Below are positions 10,450 to 21,162 of a DNA stretch of 64,000 nt, one piece after another. The stretch is taken from positions 112,475 through 176,474 of the forward strand of contig JANRJN010000018.1 of assembly GCA_033763945.1 (NCBI GenBank), given 5' to 3'. The notes below the pieces were generated by a model. That model saw only the letters and a program-made list of their open reading frames with translations, did no database searches and was not told the origin of the DNA. Made by a program: the position numbers and the translations under genes. Each line of letters begins with the position of its first letter. Positions within the stretch are counted from its first letter, which is position 1. The stretch comes from Bacteroidota bacterium (lineage in GTDB: Bacteria; Bacteroidota; Bacteroidia; B-17B0; Aurantibacillaceae).

Positions 10450-11055
10450 TTAAAGAACATTCAACTTTAAAAACGATTCACGGTTTAAAAAGCCTTCTAG
10501 TTTATCACCAATAACAACAGGGCCAACACCTTCAGGAGTACCAGTATAAATCAAATCGCCCACTTTTAAACTTACAAATTGCGACACGTAACTAATAACC
10601 TTGTCAAAACTGAAAATCAAATCTTTTGAATGGCCAACCTGTTTTGTAGCACCATTTAATTTTAATTCAAAGTTAATGTCGTTTAATTTCAATTTTTCAA
10701 CCGAAATAAATTTGCCAATAGGGGCGCTGTTATCAAAGGCCTTTGCTTTTTCCCAAGGCAAGCCTTTTTCTTTGCATTTAGCTTGGATGTCGCGGGCAGT
10801 AAAGTCTATGCCCAAACCAATTTCGTTATAATATTTATGAGCAAATTGTTCTTCAATGTGTTTACCTGCCTTACAAATTTTTAAAACCAATTCAATTTCA
10901 TGATGCAAATCTTTAGTAAAATTAGGCAAATAAAAATCTTCGTCTTTTAATAATGCAGTATCTGGTTTCATAAAAAAAACAGGTTCTGTCGGCAAATCTG
11001 CTTTCATTTCTTTAGCATGTTCGGCGTAATTACGGCCTATACAAATTATTTTCAT
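10450..11055 (-). CDS. Fumarylacetoacetate hydrolase (FAH) family protein
   Basis: MKIICIGRNYAEHAKEM...PVFFMKP...GDLIYTGTPEGVG is the typical FAH-family pattern. Confidence 0.8.
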   Translation of the reverse strand: MKIICIGRNYAEHAKEMKADLPTEPVFFMKPDTALLKDEDFYLPNFTKDLHHEIELVLKICKAGKHIEEQFAHKYYNEIGLGIDFTARDIQAKCKEKGLPWEKAKAFDNSAPIGKFISVEKLKLNDINFELKLNGATKQVGHSKDLIFSFDKVISYVSQFVSLKVGDLIYTGTPEGVGPVVIGDKLEGFLNRESFLKLNVL

Positions 11056-11155
11056 AAATTAAATTTTTAACCACAAAGTTCGTAAAGTTTTTTACACAAA
11101 GGGTACAAAGAAAAAATCATTTTAAATGTTAGTGATCAGTGTTATCTGCGTTCCA

Positions 11156-11722
11156 TTAATTTAAAAATTGTTCAATAGCTTTTGGTAAATAGTCAAATTC
11201 TAATTTCCTTATTTTTTGTGATAAAGTTTCAATAGTGTCATTCTCTGTAACATCACATTTTTCCTGTAAAATAATTTTCCCTTTGTCATAGTCTTCGTTT
11301 ACAAAATGAATAGTAATGCCACTTTCACTTTCTTTGTTTTCAATGACAGCTTTATGGACAAAATTTCCGTACATACCTTTTCCACCATATTTTGGAAGTA
11401 GTGAAGGATGTATATTAATTATTTTATCAGGAAAAGCTTTAATAAAAGCCTCGGGAATTTTTAATAAAAATCCGGCTAAAACAATTAAATCAATTTTTTC
11501 AACCTTTAAAAATTCTATTAATTGGTTGGTGTAATTTTCTAGGGCTTGTTTGCTTACAATTTGCACATTTTTTTTATACTTTTCGGCACGTGCAACAATG
11601 CCTGCATCATCTTTGTTAGTTATCACTAATTTTATTTTTACACGGGTATCGTTTGCAAAATAATTAAATAAATTCTCCGCATTGGTTCCTTCTCCACTGG
11701 CAAAAATGGCAACGTTAATCAT
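11156..11722 (-). CDS. purN: Phosphoribosylglycinamide formyltransferase
   Basis: 188 aa; VAIFASGEGTNAENL...INIHPSLLPKYGGKGMYG..VH...GITIHFVNEDYDKG. Confidence 0.9.
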   Translation of the reverse strand: MINVAIFASGEGTNAENLFNYFANDTRVKIKLVITNKDDAGIVARAEKYKKNVQIVSKQALENYTNQLIEFLKVEKIDLIVLAGFLLKIPEAFIKAFPDKIINIHPSLLPKYGGKGMYGNFVHKAVIENKESESGITIHFVNEDYDKGKIILQEKCDVTENDTIETLSQKIRKLEFDYLPKAIEQFLN

Positions 11723-11944
11723 AATACAAATGTATTTTTTATTTTTATCTTTGAAAATTAAATAAACTACATAGGTACATAGTTTACATAAATTTTTGTT
11801 TGAAGCAAAAGAAACACATACTTATTTGCCAAAGGTAAATAAAACTATGCTGAACTAATTTATAAGTACTTAGTACAAATAATATCTATGTCTCTATGTG
11901 GTTATTGTAGTTAGTTAATAATTTCATTTTTTTAAATTAAAATA

Positions 11945-12712
11945 TTGCAAATTAAAATTACATTTTTAGGAACAGGTACTTCAGCCGGTGTGCCAATTAT
12001 AGCCTGTAGTTGCTATGTGTGCAGTAGCTCAAATCCTTTCGATAAACGTTTAAGAAGTTCTGTTTTAATTGAAAACGATACTACACGAGTTACAATTGAC
12101 GCAGGACCAGATTTTAGACAACAACTGTTACGCGAACACGTAAAAACATTGGATGCCGTTGTGTTTACGCATGAGCACAAAGATCATATTGCCGGTTTAG
12201 ATGAAGTAAAAGCCTTTAATTTTTTGTACAATAGGCGTATGCCTGTTTATGCTACCAAAAGAGTGGAGGAGGCCTTACATCGTGAATTTGCTTACATCTT
12301 TTCAGATGAAAAATATCCTGGCATTCCTGAAATTGATGTCATTAATTTTAATAATGAACCTTTTAAAATTGGTGATATTACATTTGAACCAATAAACGTT
12401 TTGCATTATAAACTTCCTGTAAAAGGGTTTAAAGTAAATAATTTTGCCTATATCACAGATGCAAATTATATTTCGGAAACTGAAAAACAAAAATTAATAA
12501 ATTTAGACGTATTGGTTTTAAATGCGTTGCGCAACGAACCTCATGTTTCGCATTTTACATTTAACGAAGCACTCGAATTAATAAAAGAACTCAATCCAAA
12601 AAAAGCATATTTAACCCACATTTCTCATCAATTGGGTTTACACGATGAGGTAAGTTTAAAACTACCTTCAAATGTAGAATTGGCGGTTGATGGATTACAG
12701 CTTGTTGTTTAA
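11945..12712 (+). CDS. MBL-fold metallo-hydrolase (PhnP-like)
   Basis: FLGTGTSAGVP...C.C..C and the HxHxDH motif (THEHKDH). The track start is TTG. Confidence 0.75.
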   Translation: MQIKITFLGTGTSAGVPIIACSCYVCSSSNPFDKRLRSSVLIENDTTRVTIDAGPDFRQQLLREHVKTLDAVVFTHEHKDHIAGLDEVKAFNFLYNRRMPVYATKRVEEALHREFAYIFSDEKYPGIPEIDVINFNNEPFKIGDITFEPINVLHYKLPVKGFKVNNFAYITDANYISETEKQKLINLDVLVLNALRNEPHVSHFTFNEALELIKELNPKKAYLTHISHQLGLHDEVSLKLPSNVELAVDGLQLVV

Positions 12713-12729
12713 AAATTTTGTCACGTCGA

Positions 12730-12837
12730 GTAGAATTTGCGTCTCTTTTCAAATTCGTATCGAGACGTTCTTAAACAGTTCTCGATACAATTTTTGCAAA
12801 AGGCACCCAAAATTTACTCGAACTGACTTAAAATCTT
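12730..12837. repeat. Nested-palindrome intergenic repeat (same family)
   Basis: GTCACGTCGAGTAGAATTTGCGTCTCTTTTCAAATTCGTATCGAGA...TTCTCGATAC...TACTCGAACTGAC is near-identical to the first half of the 61.2 kb units. Confidence 0.65.
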
Positions 12838-12905
12838 AGTGTAACTTTGTGCACTTGGTGCCTTTGTGGTTATTTTTTCATTACTTTTAAAATCAAAATT
12901 AAACT

Positions 12906-13556
12906 ATGCAAAACGTTTTACCTTTCCTTAAAAAACTTCAAGCAAATAACAATAAAGACTGGTTTGAAGCTCACAGACCGCAATATGTTGTTGCGAAAGA
13001 AGAATTTGAAGCTTTTGTTCAAGAAATTATTGGAGGCATAAGAAAATTTGATCCTAAAATAGAAGATTTGCAGGCCAAGCAATGTATTTTTAGAATTAAT
13101 AAAGATGTACGTTTTAGTAAGGATAAATCACCATACAAAAACAACATGGGGGCAAGTATTAATCCGGGAGGAAAAAAATCGTTGGAGGCAGGTTATTACT
13201 TGCATGTGCAACCTGGCGCCAGTTTTTTAGCAGGGGGTGTTTATATGCCAATGCCTGATAAATTAGCCTCTGTAAGGCAGGAAATTGACTATAATCCTGA
13301 GCCTTTATTAAAAATTTTAAAATCATCATCCTTTAAAAAATATTTTAAAGGTTTAGACGAGGAAGATAAATTGAAAAATCCACCAAAAGGTTATGATAAA
13401 GAGCATGAACATGTGGAGCTTTTAAAAAACAAACATTTTGTGGTGAGTCATCAGCTATCGGACAAAGACTTAAGTGATGCAAAAATTAAAACTACCATTA
13501 TTTCGGGGTTTAAAGCCATGCACCCATTTTTAGAGTATTTGAGGAATGCGCAATAG
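12906..13556 (+). CDS. DUF2461 (TIGR02453) family protein
   Basis: LKKLQANNNKDWFEAHRPQY...FRINKDVRFSKDKSPYK is the hallmark pattern of this family. Confidence 0.75.
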   Translation: MQNVLPFLKKLQANNNKDWFEAHRPQYVVAKEEFEAFVQEIIGGIRKFDPKIEDLQAKQCIFRINKDVRFSKDKSPYKNNMGASINPGGKKSLEAGYYLHVQPGASFLAGGVYMPMPDKLASVRQEIDYNPEPLLKILKSSSFKKYFKGLDEEDKLKNPPKGYDKEHEHVELLKNKHFVVSHQLSDKDLSDAKIKTTIISGFKAMHPFLEYLRNAQ

Positions 13557-13661
13557 ATCAAATCATTCACAATTTTTCTAAATTTTTCAATCTTTCTTAA
13601 CCAAATAATTTAAGTCATTCCTGCAAAAAGTTGTACATTTGCCCCTTTAAATTAAAATTAA

Positions 13662-15551
13662 GTGGATAAAAAATCATTAATAGGTTTAGGACTAATTGCA
13701 GCAATTTTAGGGGTTTGGTTATTTGTTAGCGGACCTTCAAAAGAGCAAGTTGCTGCCCGTAAACGTCAGAAAGATTCTATAGAACTTGCACAACAAAAAA
13801 TTCAAGCGGAAGAGTTAGCAAAAATTGCTGCGGCTAAAAAAAATACCGATACTGTAAAACAGGTTTTGCCGGCAGCAGTAAATGACTCTATAAAAACCGC
13901 TTTGTTAAACGATAATTATAAAGATTTTACACCTTCTGTTAAGGGAAAAGAAGAATTTTTTACCATTGAAAACGAAAATATAAAAGCCACTATTTTAAAC
14001 CGTGGCGCTCAAATTGTAAAAGTAGAGTTAAAAAATTATCATCGTTCAGGTAAAACAGAACCTTTGATTTTATTTGATAACGATAGCACTAATTTTTCGT
14101 TATTATTAAATGCCTACGACCGTTCGCGTATTTTTAGAACTGATAGCTTTTATTTTAAATCGGCCACAAAAACGGCTAATAGCATTGTTTTAAAATTAGA
14201 AACGGCAAAGCCTGAAAGCTACATCGAGTTGTCTTATTCATTAAAACCAAAAGATTATATAGTAAATTCTGAAATCCGTTTTGTAGGGATGCAAAATATT
14301 ATTTCGCAAACCGAAGACCAATTACAATTGAGCTGGAAAATGTTGTACCCAAGTCAAGAGCAGTACATCAGTAAAGAAAAGGAGGCTGCAACGGTTTATT
14401 ACAAGCAAACTATAAATAGTCCCGATAACATAAATGTTTCTAAAGATGAAGAAAAAGAACTAAACGACGCAGATGTTAAGTGGATTTGCTTTAAACAACA
14501 ATTTTTTAATGCTACCATAATTGCAGACGATAAGTTTGAAAAAGGTGGAAGTTTTGTGAAATTAGGGCAACGACCAGATAATTTAACGATTGTGAAAGCA
14601 GCAGCAACTGAGTTAGGAGTGCCATACAAACATTTACCAAACGAAAAATTTGGATTTAAGTTTTATTTTGGGCCTAATCATTACAACACCTTAAAAGTCT
14701 ATGATTATGATTTGGAAAAAATAATTCCTACAGGTTGGAGTGTATTTAGTTTTATAAATAAATGGATGGTAATTCCATTATTTAATGGTTTAGGAGGTTT
14801 AAATATGGGGCTTGTGATTTTGATTTTAACCATTATTGTTAAAATATTATTATTGCCAATTGCATATAAAACCTATATGAGTGGTGCACGCATGCGTGTT
14901 TTAAAACCTGAAACGGATGCTTTGAATGCCAAATATGAAAAAAATCCCGATCCAATGAAAAAGCAACAGGAGCAAATGGCGTTGTATCGAAAGGCAGGCG
15001 TTAATCCTTTGAGTGGTTGTTTGCCAATGTTGTTACAGTTTCCTATTCTAATTGCTTTATTTGCCTTTTTACCTGCTGCGATTGAGCTACGTCAACAAAG
15101 TTTTTTATGGGCGGATGATTTAAGTACCTATGACACCATTTGGAATTTTGGACATGTGCCTTTTATCAGTTGGGCCTATGGCGATCACGTAAGTTTATTT
15201 GCTGCTTTAATGTTTGTAAGTACCATTATTTACACATACATGAACAGTAGTTTAATGCCTCAACAAAATAATCAAATGCCGGGAATGAAGTTTATGATGT
15301 ATTTTATGCCGGTTATATTTTTAGCTGTAATGAATAAGTATGCAGCGGGTTTAAGCTGGTATTATTTCTTAGCTAATATGTTCACCTTCTTGCAAAATTA
15401 TGCCATGAAATTTATTATTAAAGATAGTTCGATTAGAGCGACTTTGGAAGCTAACATGAAGAAACCAATGAAAAAAGGTGGTTTTGCGCAACGCTTAGAA
15501 GAAATGGCGAAACAACGTCAGCAACAAAGTAATACCGTTAAGAAAAAGTAA
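13662..15551 (+). CDS. yidC: Membrane protein insertase YidC
   Basis: 629 aa with a large periplasmic domain, then a conserved C-terminal core (LLLPIAYKTYMSGARMRVLKPE...YRKAGVNPLSGCLPMLLQFPILIALF). GTG start. Confidence 0.9.
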   Translation: MDKKSLIGLGLIAAILGVWLFVSGPSKEQVAARKRQKDSIELAQQKIQAEELAKIAAAKKNTDTVKQVLPAAVNDSIKTALLNDNYKDFTPSVKGKEEFFTIENENIKATILNRGAQIVKVELKNYHRSGKTEPLILFDNDSTNFSLLLNAYDRSRIFRTDSFYFKSATKTANSIVLKLETAKPESYIELSYSLKPKDYIVNSEIRFVGMQNIISQTEDQLQLSWKMLYPSQEQYISKEKEAATVYYKQTINSPDNINVSKDEEKELNDADVKWICFKQQFFNATIIADDKFEKGGSFVKLGQRPDNLTIVKAAATELGVPYKHLPNEKFGFKFYFGPNHYNTLKVYDYDLEKIIPTGWSVFSFINKWMVIPLFNGLGGLNMGLVILILTIIVKILLLPIAYKTYMSGARMRVLKPETDALNAKYEKNPDPMKKQQEQMALYRKAGVNPLSGCLPMLLQFPILIALFAFLPAAIELRQQSFLWADDLSTYDTIWNFGHVPFISWAYGDHVSLFAALMFVSTIIYTYMNSSLMPQQNNQMPGMKFMMYFMPVIFLAVMNKYAAGLSWYYFLANMFTFLQNYAMKFIIKDSSIRATLEANMKKPMKKGGFAQRLEEMAKQRQQQSNTVKKK

Positions 15552-15627
15552 TTAATAAGAAACTAAAAAATATAAAAAAAGCGATTCATTTAATTGAATT
15601 GTTTTTTTTTTTGAAATTTTATTAAAA

Positions 15628-17214
15628 TTAAAACGGAGGTTCGTTAAAATCTTCAATATCATTTTTCTTTATAATATCTGAATTTACATCATCTACACGG
15701 TCCCAATTTTTAGAGGTAACAGTTTTTGTTCCGTTCGAATTTAAAAAGTCTTCGTTTTGTTGCAACGGATTTGCCGTATTTTGACCATAGATAATATCTT
15801 GACCTTCGATATAATCTAAGTCGGCAAATTTAGCAAACTGGCCAATAAAGCGAAGTTTCACAGTCTCCAAAGCACCGTGACGATTTTTAGCAATAATTAC
15901 TTCCGCTCTGCCTTTGGTTGGTTCGTTATTTTCGTCTACTTCTAATCCATAGTATTCCGGACGATAGATAAACATTACCATGTCGGCATCCTGTTCAATA
16001 GCACCGGATTCACGTAAGTCGCTTAATTGTGGACGTTTGCTTCCTCCCGGCCTGTTTTCCACTTGACGACTTAATTGTGATAAGGCAATGATTGGTATTT
16101 CTAGTTCTTTGGCTAAACTTTTTAATCCACGCGAAATATTACTAATCTCTTGTTCGCGATTACCCTTTCCGTCAGGTCCGCCACTCATTAATTGTAAGTA
16201 GTCAATAATAATTAATTCTACTTTTTGATTTTCTTTTAAACGGCGAGCTTTGGCACGTAGTTCAAAAATAGAAAGTGCAGGTGTGTCGTCAATATATAAT
16301 GGAGCAACAGCTAATTTTTTTATACGTTCGTTCAATTGAACAAACTCATGATTTTCTAAATTACCTTTTAAAATTTTATCTTGTGGAATTTCGGTTTCGC
16401 TACTAATTAAACGTTTAACAAGTTGCAAGGAAGACATCTCTAAAGAAAAAATAGCAACTGGTTTATTAAATTCAACAGCTGCGTTTTTAGCCATACTTAC
16501 AACAAAAGCTGTTTTACCCATACCAGGACGCGCCGCCAAAATCAATAAATCTGATTTTTGCCAACCACCGGTAATCCTGTCCATAGCAGTAAAACCACTT
16601 GGCACACCTAATAATCCATCTTTTTGGTGTGCGGCAGCTTCAATCTCTTCAAGGGCTTTACCAATTAAAGTACTCATTTTATCGTGCTGTTTGCGAACGT
16701 TTGAGTCTAAAATTTCAAAAATATTTTTTGTGGTTTCGTCCAGTAATTCAAACACATCTGTACTATCCTCATAAGCCGTTTTAATGGTTTCGGTACTTAA
16801 ACGAATCAACTCGCGTTGTAAATATTTTTGAGCAACAATGCGGGCATGAAATTCGATATTTGCAGATGAGGCAATTCGGTTAGTAAGAGAAGAAACATAG
16901 TAGGCGCCACCAACAATTTCCAATTCTCCTGTACGTTTTAGTTCCTGTGTAACGGTTAAAATATCTACAGGTTCCGAACGGTTAAACAAAGCTACCATAG
17001 CCGAAAACACACGCCCATTTTGGTCTTTGTAAAAAGCCTCAGCACTTAAAATATCAATTACTGTGCTTAAAGCTTCACGTTCTAATAACATAGCTCCAAG
17101 CACGGCTTCTTCTAATTCAACAGCTTGTGGGGGTAATTTGCCAATTTCGTTAGGGTTATTTACACTTGGTTTTGTTAGAGATTTGCGGGTTTTATTTTGG
17201 TTGTCGTTAATCAT
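15628..17214 (-). CDS. dnaB: Replicative DNA helicase DnaB
   Basis: PPQAVELEEAVLGAML..., Walker A (ARPGMGKTAF), IIDYLQLM and LSQLSRQVENR motifs. Confidence 0.95.
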   Translation of the reverse strand: MINDNQNKTRKSLTKPSVNNPNEIGKLPPQAVELEEAVLGAMLLEREALSTVIDILSAEAFYKDQNGRVFSAMVALFNRSEPVDILTVTQELKRTGELEIVGGAYYVSSLTNRIASSANIEFHARIVAQKYLQRELIRLSTETIKTAYEDSTDVFELLDETTKNIFEILDSNVRKQHDKMSTLIGKALEEIEAAAHQKDGLLGVPSGFTAMDRITGGWQKSDLLILAARPGMGKTAFVVSMAKNAAVEFNKPVAIFSLEMSSLQLVKRLISSETEIPQDKILKGNLENHEFVQLNERIKKLAVAPLYIDDTPALSIFELRAKARRLKENQKVELIIIDYLQLMSGGPDGKGNREQEISNISRGLKSLAKELEIPIIALSQLSRQVENRPGGSKRPQLSDLRESGAIEQDADMVMFIYRPEYYGLEVDENNEPTKGRAEVIIAKNRHGALETVKLRFIGQFAKFADLDYIEGQDIIYGQNTANPLQQNEDFLNSNGTKTVTSKNWDRVDDVNSDIIKKNDIEDFNEPPF

Positions 17215-17538
17215 ATTTCAATTCACATAAATAATGCGGGAGGGCAAAAGTGCAACAAAAATGTTGTATCTTAAATTTACAAAAAATAAGTTTTATTAAT
17301 AAGTTGTTTATAACTATAATCAGTATGTCAAAGCCCAACAGAAAAGGGATTTAGAAGGGGCTGAGATTGTTCATAAATCAAAAAGTCAATTTTTAACAAT
17401 GCTTATGTTAGATTAATGTTAATTAATATGTTATTTCATTTTCAGTATATTAACTAAAAATGACATATTTAGTTTGTATAAAATGAATTAAACGGAGATA
17501 GAACTTTTTGTTCAAGAAATAAACGCTTTAATAAAATT

Positions 17539-19410
17539 ATGTTAGCTACATTAAATAGAATTAAACCACATAATTTGTTTTTGGTTGTTGCCTTAATTTT
17601 TGAGTTAGCGTATACTATTTTTACGCCTCCTCTGCAAGCACCTGATGAAATAAGCCATTTTTACAGAGCTTATCAAATTGCCGACGGGCACATTTTACCG
17701 GTTAGAACAGCTAATAGACTAGGAGGCGAAATCCCAGTTTGTTTTAATGAATTTGTTTTGCCATTTACATTTGCAACAAATAATATTAAATACACATTAC
17801 ATAAAAAGGAGATAATTGAATCACTTAAAGTAAAATTTAATGGAAAGGAAAAAGAGTTTAAAGATTTTCCAAGTACAACAACTTATTCACCTATTTCGTA
17901 TTTACCACAAATAATTGCTGTTTTTATATTAAAACAACTTAATTGCTCAGTGGCTTTGTTATACTATGGTGGAAGGCTTTTTAGCTTTATTTTTTGGCTG
18001 GTAATTATGTTTTATGTAATTAAAATTATACCAATTTACAAATGGATGTTTACAACAATTATTTTGTTGCCAATGAATTTGTACGTGACGAATGCTTATA
18101 GTGCCGATGGAATGAATAATTGTTTGTCTTTCCTGTTTTTTGCTTTAGTATTAAGACATATGTTTTCTGAAAAAAAACTGCAAAAACGCGATATCCTATT
18201 GCTTTTACTTGTCCTTACATCTTTAGCTTTATCGAAATTTGTTTACGTAAGTTTTATTACCTTACTATTTTTAATCCCGTCATACAAGTTTAAAAGTAAG
18301 ATATATCGTTTTGGAAGTATTGCATTAATTTTTGGCGTGTCTGTTTCCGTTTTTTTATTGTGGACCAGTATTTATATGAAGAATTACATTAGAATTTCTG
18401 AGTACGACCAAAATTACATTTATGGTATTGGATTATCCCCTTGTGCCGATCCGGTTGCTCAAAAAGCGTATATATTAAGTCATCCTACTTATTTTTTAAA
18501 AGTCATTTATCATTCTATTTTTAATCATCCTAATACATATTTAAAAGGGTACATTGGGGCTTTTGGTCAGTCCGATATTCTGTTGCCGTATTGGCTATAT
18601 GTCTTTACATACATAATAGTTATATTTTTTGGGCTTACAGAGTGTAATAAAATTGTTTTGACCAAACTTCAAAAAGGATTATTTTTTTGCTCGGCTTTTT
18701 CTGCTTTTTTGTTGATATTGTTATCTATTCATTTGATGTGGGATTGTGTCGGAGAAGGGGTAGTTGATTTGGTTCAAGGGAGATATTTAATACCAATTTT
18801 TCCATTATTATTTGTGCTGTTTAGTAATAAAAAATTGCAGTTGCACTATTTGCCAATAGTAATAATATTGCCTTTGGTATTGATATTGCACATCTTTTCA
18901 ATAAAAAGTATTATAAATCGTTTTTATAAAAGTTCATATTACGAAAAAACAGAGTTTTATTGCAACGCAGAAGAAAAGACTGCTACTAATTATTTTAAAA
19001 CTTCTAACGATAATGTTGTTTTGGAAAATGGTTTATCACAAACCTCAAACGACCATAGAAGTGGTAACTACGCATTGTTACTGACTCCAGAAAATCCTTT
19101 TGGGTTAACCTATAGGTTTAATAATTTAGGAAAAGGAGATTTAATTGAAATGGAAGTTTGGAAAAAGGGAGATGATGGAGAGATTGTTCTTTCTGGAAAA
19201 GCACCTAACTGTAAAGATTTATACGCATCAAAAAAACAGACGGTTTTAATTGATAAAAATGGTTGGGCTAAAATACACTGTGTGTTTACAATTGTAAATG
19301 ATTGTTCGAATTATAAAGCTACTTTGTATTTATGGAACCCAGGAAGGGAAAATGTTTATTTTGATGATTTTAAATTTTCTCTTAAAAAGTTTAAACCATA
19401 TAATTTATAG
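17539..19410 (+). CDS. Polytopic membrane protein, DUF2142-like (putative glycosyltransferase-like)
   Basis: N-terminal PLQAPDEISHFYRAYQIADG pattern, more than 10 TM helices and a soluble C-terminal beta-rich domain. Confidence 0.5.
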   Translation: MLATLNRIKPHNLFLVVALIFELAYTIFTPPLQAPDEISHFYRAYQIADGHILPVRTANRLGGEIPVCFNEFVLPFTFATNNIKYTLHKKEIIESLKVKFNGKEKEFKDFPSTTTYSPISYLPQIIAVFILKQLNCSVALLYYGGRLFSFIFWLVIMFYVIKIIPIYKWMFTTIILLPMNLYVTNAYSADGMNNCLSFLFFALVLRHMFSEKKLQKRDILLLLLVLTSLALSKFVYVSFITLLFLIPSYKFKSKIYRFGSIALIFGVSVSVFLLWTSIYMKNYIRISEYDQNYIYGIGLSPCADPVAQKAYILSHPTYFLKVIYHSIFNHPNTYLKGYIGAFGQSDILLPYWLYVFTYIIVIFFGLTECNKIVLTKLQKGLFFCSAFSAFLLILLSIHLMWDCVGEGVVDLVQGRYLIPIFPLLFVLFSNKKLQLHYLPIVIILPLVLILHIFSIKSIINRFYKSSYYEKTEFYCNAEEKTATNYFKTSNDNVVLENGLSQTSNDHRSGNYALLLTPENPFGLTYRFNNLGKGDLIEMEVWKKGDDGEIVLSGKAPNCKDLYASKKQTVLIDKNGWAKIHCVFTIVNDCSNYKATLYLWNPGRENVYFDDFKFSLKKFKPYNL

Positions 19411-19482
19411 TAAACAGTTAGTTATATGTTTTTTTCCTAGTGGAAACATTTTATACATTTGTACTTAATTAAAAAAAATATT

Positions 19483-20088
19483 ATGGTAAAAAAAATCTCT
19501 TTCCTAATTATTGCAATGGTTTTTATTGGTTCTTGTACAGGCAAGTTTAGCTTACAAAAACGTAAATACAACAAAGGGTTTTATTTCGCAAACACAAAGC
19601 GCCATTCAACAAAAGTTAAAAAAGAAACAATTCATAATACAGGTGTGGTGAATAATTTACCAACCAATAAAAATATAAATTTAGCTAGTAATAAAGATGA
19701 TGTTGAAAAAAGCCTTGCTTTAACGGAAGTAAACAGAAATATCACAAAGACGTCTAAGTTTAAAGAAGACGTTACAGAAAAGAAAAAGAACATAACAGCT
19801 TCGGCCGATAAGAAAAGCCTTGTTTTAACCAAAGTATTTAAGGACTTAAAAATAAAATCTCCTAAAAATAAACTTGGTATAGCCAAAAAGGGTGATAGCG
19901 ATGTAGATTTAATAATTTTAGTTATTCTTTGTTTATTTCCTTTTATTAATTTAATTGCGATTTACTTAAAAGACTCTAAAAGTGTAACTCTGAATTTTTG
20001 GATAACTCTAATTCTAGATTGCTTATTTTTCTTACCAGGAATTATCTTCGCTCTGTTAGTAGTGTTAGACGTTGTAAATCTGGCTTAG
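19483..20088 (+). CDS. Lipoprotein with C-terminal YqaE/Pmp3-like membrane domain
   Basis: The ATG at 19483 gives a lipobox (MVFIGSCTG). The C-terminus LCLFPFINLIAIYLKD...LFFLPGIIFALLVV resembles UPF0057/Pmp3. Confidence 0.5.
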   Translation: MVKKISFLIIAMVFIGSCTGKFSLQKRKYNKGFYFANTKRHSTKVKKETIHNTGVVNNLPTNKNINLASNKDDVEKSLALTEVNRNITKTSKFKEDVTEKKKNITASADKKSLVLTKVFKDLKIKSPKNKLGIAKKGDSDVDLIILVILCLFPFINLIAIYLKDSKSVTLNFWITLILDCLFFLPGIIFALLVVLDVVNLA

Positions 20089-20167
20089 TATAAATTGATA
20101 CTTTTTAACATTATTATCTAAAAATTTAGTTTATATTTACTGTATATTTTAAACAAAACAACCAAAC

Positions 20168-20389
20168 ATGAAAAAATTATTTTTAATGGCTGCTTTTGCT
20201 GGTTTATTATCTAGCACTGCAGTTGCTGTTACTAAAGGTGACGACAAAGACAAAAACAAAAAAGAATGTTGTAAAAAAGGCGAAGGTAAAGCTTGTGCTG
20301 GTGAGAAAAAAGAAGGTTGCACAAAAGACAAAAAAGCGTGTTGCAAAAAAGACGCTGAAACCAAAACGACAACTGAAGAGAAAAAATAA
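20168..20389 (+). CDS. Small secreted Lys/Cys-rich protein
   Basis: Signal peptide (MKKLFLMAAFAGLLSSTAVA), then KECCKKGEGKACAGEKKEGCTKDKKACCKK with seven Cys in about 35 aa. A terminator follows. Confidence 0.45.
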   Translation: MKKLFLMAAFAGLLSSTAVAVTKGDDKDKNKKECCKKGEGKACAGEKKEGCTKDKKACCKKDAETKTTTEEKK

Positions 20390-20412
20390 TCTTCCTTAAA
20401 AAATTATAAAAA

Positions 20413-20442
20413 AGCTATCTTAAATTTAAGGTAGCTTTTTTT
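20413..20442 (+). terminator. Rho-independent terminator
   Basis: AGCTATCTTA...TAAGGTAGCT forms a 10-bp stem with one G-T pair, followed by a T-run. Confidence 0.6.
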
Positions 20443-20536
20443 GTGTTTTAACATTAATCTATTTTCCATATCTTTATCCTTTAATTACTAATTAACAAAT
20501 AACCACGCAACCTTTACATAAAACGTGGATTAGAAT

Positions 20537-21160
20537 ATGAAGGAGTTTTTTTCGTTTTTTAAAACAAAAGCATTTTTTATTAATACTGGCATAATTATTT
20601 TATGCGTTTTTTTGCTGTTTTTTGGGGTAATAAAATGGTTGTCATCCTATACCAACCATGGTACTTTTGTTGAAGTACCGGATTTTAAAGCTCAAGAGGT
20701 TTCCAAATTAAACACTTTCATTAATGGTAAAGAAATTGAATACCAGATAATTGATAGTATTTATGACCCAAAAGAAAAGCCAGGGATTGTTATTCGTCAA
20801 GATCCTGAGCCTTTAACAAAAGTAAAACACAATAGAAAGGTATATCTTTACGTTACAGGTATGGTAGCGCCTACTGTATTAATGCCAAAATTAATCGATA
20901 GAAGTGAACGACAAGCTCGCTTAATTATCGAAACATATGGCTTAAAAGTTGGACGATTTACCGAAAAATCGGCTGATTGTAATGGATGCGTACTTTCTCA
21001 ATCCATAAACGGTAAGGAAGTTGCAGTTGGTGAAGCCGTAAAAAAAGGAAGTGTTGTAAATTTAGTAGTTGGAAAAAAAGATTATTATTACAATGCCTCC
21101 GGAGGTGCAATGGACAGTTCTTTAACCCAAGATCCTAATTTTGATAATGATGATAAATAA
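20537..21160 (+). CDS. PASTA domain-containing membrane-anchored protein
   Basis: N-terminal TM helix, then two PASTA-like repeats (VEVPDF...IVIRQDP...VYLYV and MPKLIDRSERQARLIIETYGLKVG...VNLVVG). Confidence 0.6.
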   Translation: MKEFFSFFKTKAFFINTGIIILCVFLLFFGVIKWLSSYTNHGTFVEVPDFKAQEVSKLNTFINGKEIEYQIIDSIYDPKEKPGIVIRQDPEPLTKVKHNRKVYLYVTGMVAPTVLMPKLIDRSERQARLIIETYGLKVGRFTEKSADCNGCVLSQSINGKEVAVGEAVKKGSVVNLVVGKKDYYYNASGGAMDSSLTQDPNFDNDDK

Positions 21161-21162
21161 AA

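Noticed and set aside
11723-11944. Imperfect long-range inverted repeats (ACTACATAGGTACATAG ... CTATGTCTCTATGTGG..TGTAGT) and a GTACTtAGTAC palindrome in the purN/MBL divergent region, considered as a purine or ZTP riboswitch or an operator
   Set aside because: None of the conserved GC-rich ZTP or purine riboswitch cores is present. The repeats are imperfect and AT-rich. At most this is a possible operator, which is too weak to call.
20149-20399. Overlapping ORFs 20196-20399 (+) and 20149-20364 (-)
   Set aside because: They are alternative frames of a Lys/Cys-rich low-complexity gene. Only the 20168 frame has a signal peptide and a sensible start.
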